The notes below the pieces were generated by a model, which was not told the DNA's origin, ran no database searches, and saw only the letters and a list, made by a program, of their open reading frames with translations. From IMG/VR virus record IMGVR_UViG_3300032282_002037, positions 1-28,162 of that record: a stretch of 28,162 nt of DNA; one strand, 5' to 3'. Positions 26,482-28,162 of this stretch are shown here, in pieces; the stretch's first letter is position 1, and every line of letters begins with the position of its first letter. The DNA comes from a virus (lineage: Duplodnaviria > Caudoviricetes). The translations under genes were made by a program, and so were the position numbers.

Positions 26482-26489
26482 TATTTATA
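26482..26489 (+). promoter_or_regulatory. Putative late promoter motif TATTTATA
   Basis: 15 nt upstream of the ATG at 26505; overlapped by the AATATC-N7-GATATT dyad. Confidence 0.65.
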
Positions 26490-26504
26490 TAAAAAACAAT
26501 AACA

Positions 26505-26702
26505 ATGAGCAATTTAAACAAATCGCTAGATCAGTTTTTAAACCCTAAAGTTATTAAAAATGTAACTGAAGACGGTAAAGAACAAGAAGTTTGTGATATG
26601 CAAACAGGTGAATGCTATACTATTAAATCAAAAGATGGTATTGTGGAAAGAATAAATAAAAAATATATTACCGAAGACGGTAGACAATTATTACAAGATT
26701 AA
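26505..26702 (+). CDS. Small hypothetical protein with a CDMQTGEC cysteine pair
   Basis: 65 aa, A-rich start context, preceded by the late motif. Confidence 0.75.
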   Translation: MSNLNKSLDQFLNPKVIKNVTEDGKEQEVCDMQTGECYTIKSKDGIVERINKKYITEDGRQLLQD

Positions 26703-26706
26703 AACC

Positions 26707-27369
26707 ATGTTAGAGAAAAAACTACTTGAAGAAGTTCAAAGATTTAGAAGCATCAATAAGAATGCTAGTAACCTAAATGAACAAGAATTACCAGGAGCAC
26801 CGGCCCCAGCGCCCGTTCCAGGAGAAGAAGACCAATCATTTGACGCAACTGCGCCTACTCCGCCACCTCCGCCAGGAGGAGACGCTCCAGCACTAGACCC
26901 ATCTGGTGATCAAGCGCCGGCGCCAGGGGGAGATGCACCAGCGTCAGACACAGAAGAAATTGATGTTACTGAATTAGTTAACATGACAAAAAATATCAAA
27001 AGTGATATGGAAGCAACTAAAGGTGAACACAATTCTGTTTTACAAAAAATGGATGATGCTTTTAGTAAACTTTCTGATTTAGAAAGCAAATTAGCACAAA
27101 TGGATCAAGTGTTAATTAAAATTGACGAGTTAGGAAGTAAGATTGAATCAATGAAACCAGAAACCCCAGTTGAAAAACTTGAGATGAGATCTTTGGACTC
27201 TTACCCATTCAACCAAAAACCAAATGACTTCTTCACTGTTAAACAACAAGAAATGAGACAATCAGGTAAAAACGAATATGTATTAACTAAGGGCGATATC
27301 GAGAATTATTCAAAAGATGAAATCGCAAAAACATTTAACCCAGAAGAAGAAGATGAAATTAAGTTCTAA
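26707..27369 (+). CDS. Hypothetical protein, possibly internal head/scaffold-type (Pro-rich acidic linker, coiled coil)
   Basis: N-terminal KKLLEEVQRFRSI helix, LNEQ, a Pro/Ala/Gly/Asp-rich linker with PGGDAPA twice, then a heptad-rich segment. Confidence 0.6.
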   Translation: MLEKKLLEEVQRFRSINKNASNLNEQELPGAPAPAPVPGEEDQSFDATAPTPPPPPGGDAPALDPSGDQAPAPGGDAPASDTEEIDVTELVNMTKNIKSDMEATKGEHNSVLQKMDDAFSKLSDLESKLAQMDQVLIKIDELGSKIESMKPETPVEKLEMRSLDSYPFNQKPNDFFTVKQQEMRQSGKNEYVLTKGDIENYSKDEIAKTFNPEEEDEIKF

Positions 27370-27727
27370 CGTACAGTTTTTAGTTGAAAAACAAACCCAA
27401 TTTAGAATATTACATTGGCAAACCAAAGGATACGCTAGACATAAAGCATTTGGTGAAATTTATACAAATTTAGATGATTTAATAGATACCTTCGTTGAAA
27501 CAGCAATGGGAAAACAAGGTAGATTTGTATTAATGGATAGCGATAAAACCATTTCTTTGGTAAATCTAAAAGAATTAGATATCGTTTCGTTTTTACAAGA
27601 AATAAAAACTTATCTAATTGATATAACTAATGACGTTGATTCTTCAAAAGACACTGATTTACTTAACATTAGAGACGAAATGCTAGGAGAAATTAATAAA
27701 CTGGCTTACTTATTAACATTAGAATAA
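27353..27727 (+). CDS. Dps/ferritin-like four-helix protein (DUF5856-like)
   Basis: LHWQTKGYARHKAFGEIYTNLDDLIDTFVE reproduces the Dps H-W...H...D...E ferroxidase spacing. The ATG at 27353 (124 aa) is preferred over 27317. Confidence 0.75.
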   Translation: MKLSSNVQFLVEKQTQFRILHWQTKGYARHKAFGEIYTNLDDLIDTFVETAMGKQGRFVLMDSDKTISLVNLKELDIVSFLQEIKTYLIDITNDVDSSKDTDLLNIRDEMLGEINKLAYLLTLE

Positions 27728-27739
27728 AATATAAAAAAA

Positions 27740-28162
27740 ATGATATCAGGTTCAGCAGCAACATTAGGTTCAGATTTAACAAGACGTTCATTATCATATG
27801 TTAATGATGTGATAAGCGGCGCAACATTACAAGGACAGTATAGTACTTTTATTGATGAAAGAAACATGGATGATAACATGGCCTATATATTAAGAAATAC
27901 GTATGGTTATAATGTTTCTAAAAGAACAGATATAATGGGTTCTTTTACAAATTATTTAATTAATTGGGGCAGCCCAGCAGAAAGTTCAGGAACAATTTTA
28001 TTTAATGGTCAAGACCCAACAAATAATGGTTCATATGTATCCGCACCTAAAGAAACTATTGTTAACTGGTTACCAGGAACTGGAAACTTTACAGTTGAAT
28101 GGTTCCAATATCAAACAGTATTAACATCACACCCAAGAGTTTTCTCAATTGGTCCTGATACC
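27740..28162 (+). CDS. Probable virion protein entering a LamG/concanavalin-A-like domain, 3' truncated (not in ORF track)
   Basis: Open for 141 codons to the window end: MISGSAATLGSD...GTILFNG...WLPGTGNFTVEWFQY...PRVFSIG. GTGxFTxEW is the typical LamG-like start. Confidence 0.75.
   Translation, partial: MISGSAATLGSDLTRRSLSYVNDVISGATLQGQYSTFIDERNMDDNMAYILRNTYGYNVSKRTDIMGSFTNYLINWGSPAESSGTILFNGQDPTNNGSYVSAPKETIVNWLPGTGNFTVEWFQYQTVLTSHPRVFSIGPDT

Larger units (their letters stand above)
1..28162. mobile_element. Segment of a large T4-like myovirus (jumbo-phage type) genome: neck/tail/baseplate module with replication genes
   Basis: Contiguous neck, tail terminator, sheath, tube, chaperone, tape measure and baseplate genes plus PolB and SNF2. 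No cellular housekeeping genes, and very short intergenic regions. Confidence 0.95.

Noticed and set aside
1-28162. Alternative genetic code (stop-codon reassignment), as seen in some large Bacteroidota phages
   Set aside because: Genes are full length in the standard code, and TAG (13309, 26457), TGA (20343) and TAA all terminate genes at sensible positions.
1-28162. CRISPR arrays, tRNAs, rRNA, DGR-type repeats
   Set aside because: No spaced direct repeats, cloverleafs or long near-identical repeats were seen by eye, and the intergenic space is small.

Overview
An AT-rich (roughly 30% GC by eye), densely coded fragment of a large T4-like myovirus (jumbo-phage type) genome, read in the standard genetic code. 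It covers the neck, tail and baseplate morphogenesis module: gp13-like neck, gp14-like head completion, gp15-like tail terminator, sheath, tube, tail assembly chaperone, tape measure, two giant baseplate proteins and a LysM/gp53-like wedge. A family B DNA polymerase and an SNF2 helicase are interleaved on the minus strand, and a small late cluster with a Dps/ferritin-like protein follows. A-rich starts mostly without Shine-Dalgarno sequences and TTTG-N19/20-TAnnTTTG-like promoters point to a Bacteroidota host (inference). The ORF track misses several signals. (1) A near-perfect bacterial parS centromere sits at the apex of the tail-tube terminator, next to a dyad of two IHF consensus sites, about 600 bp from an ORF-less, promoter-containing, skew-switching intergenic region; this is a candidate host-ParB-hijacking origin/partition locus. 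(2) A +1 (or -2) programmed frameshift site, UUU_UUU_CGC, would join the tail chaperone to an unannotated ORF. (3) A TATTTAT(A/T) motif, the reverse complement of the T4 late promoter, precedes every operon-leading virion gene. (4) An unannotated 52-aa ribbon-helix-helix gene has phased operator-like repeats. (5) polB has a structured leader. (6) An OmpA-like domain is inserted in a baseplate protein. (7) An (S/T)-G-x-T motif is enriched in virion proteins. All family assignments come from motif recognition only; no database searches were run.
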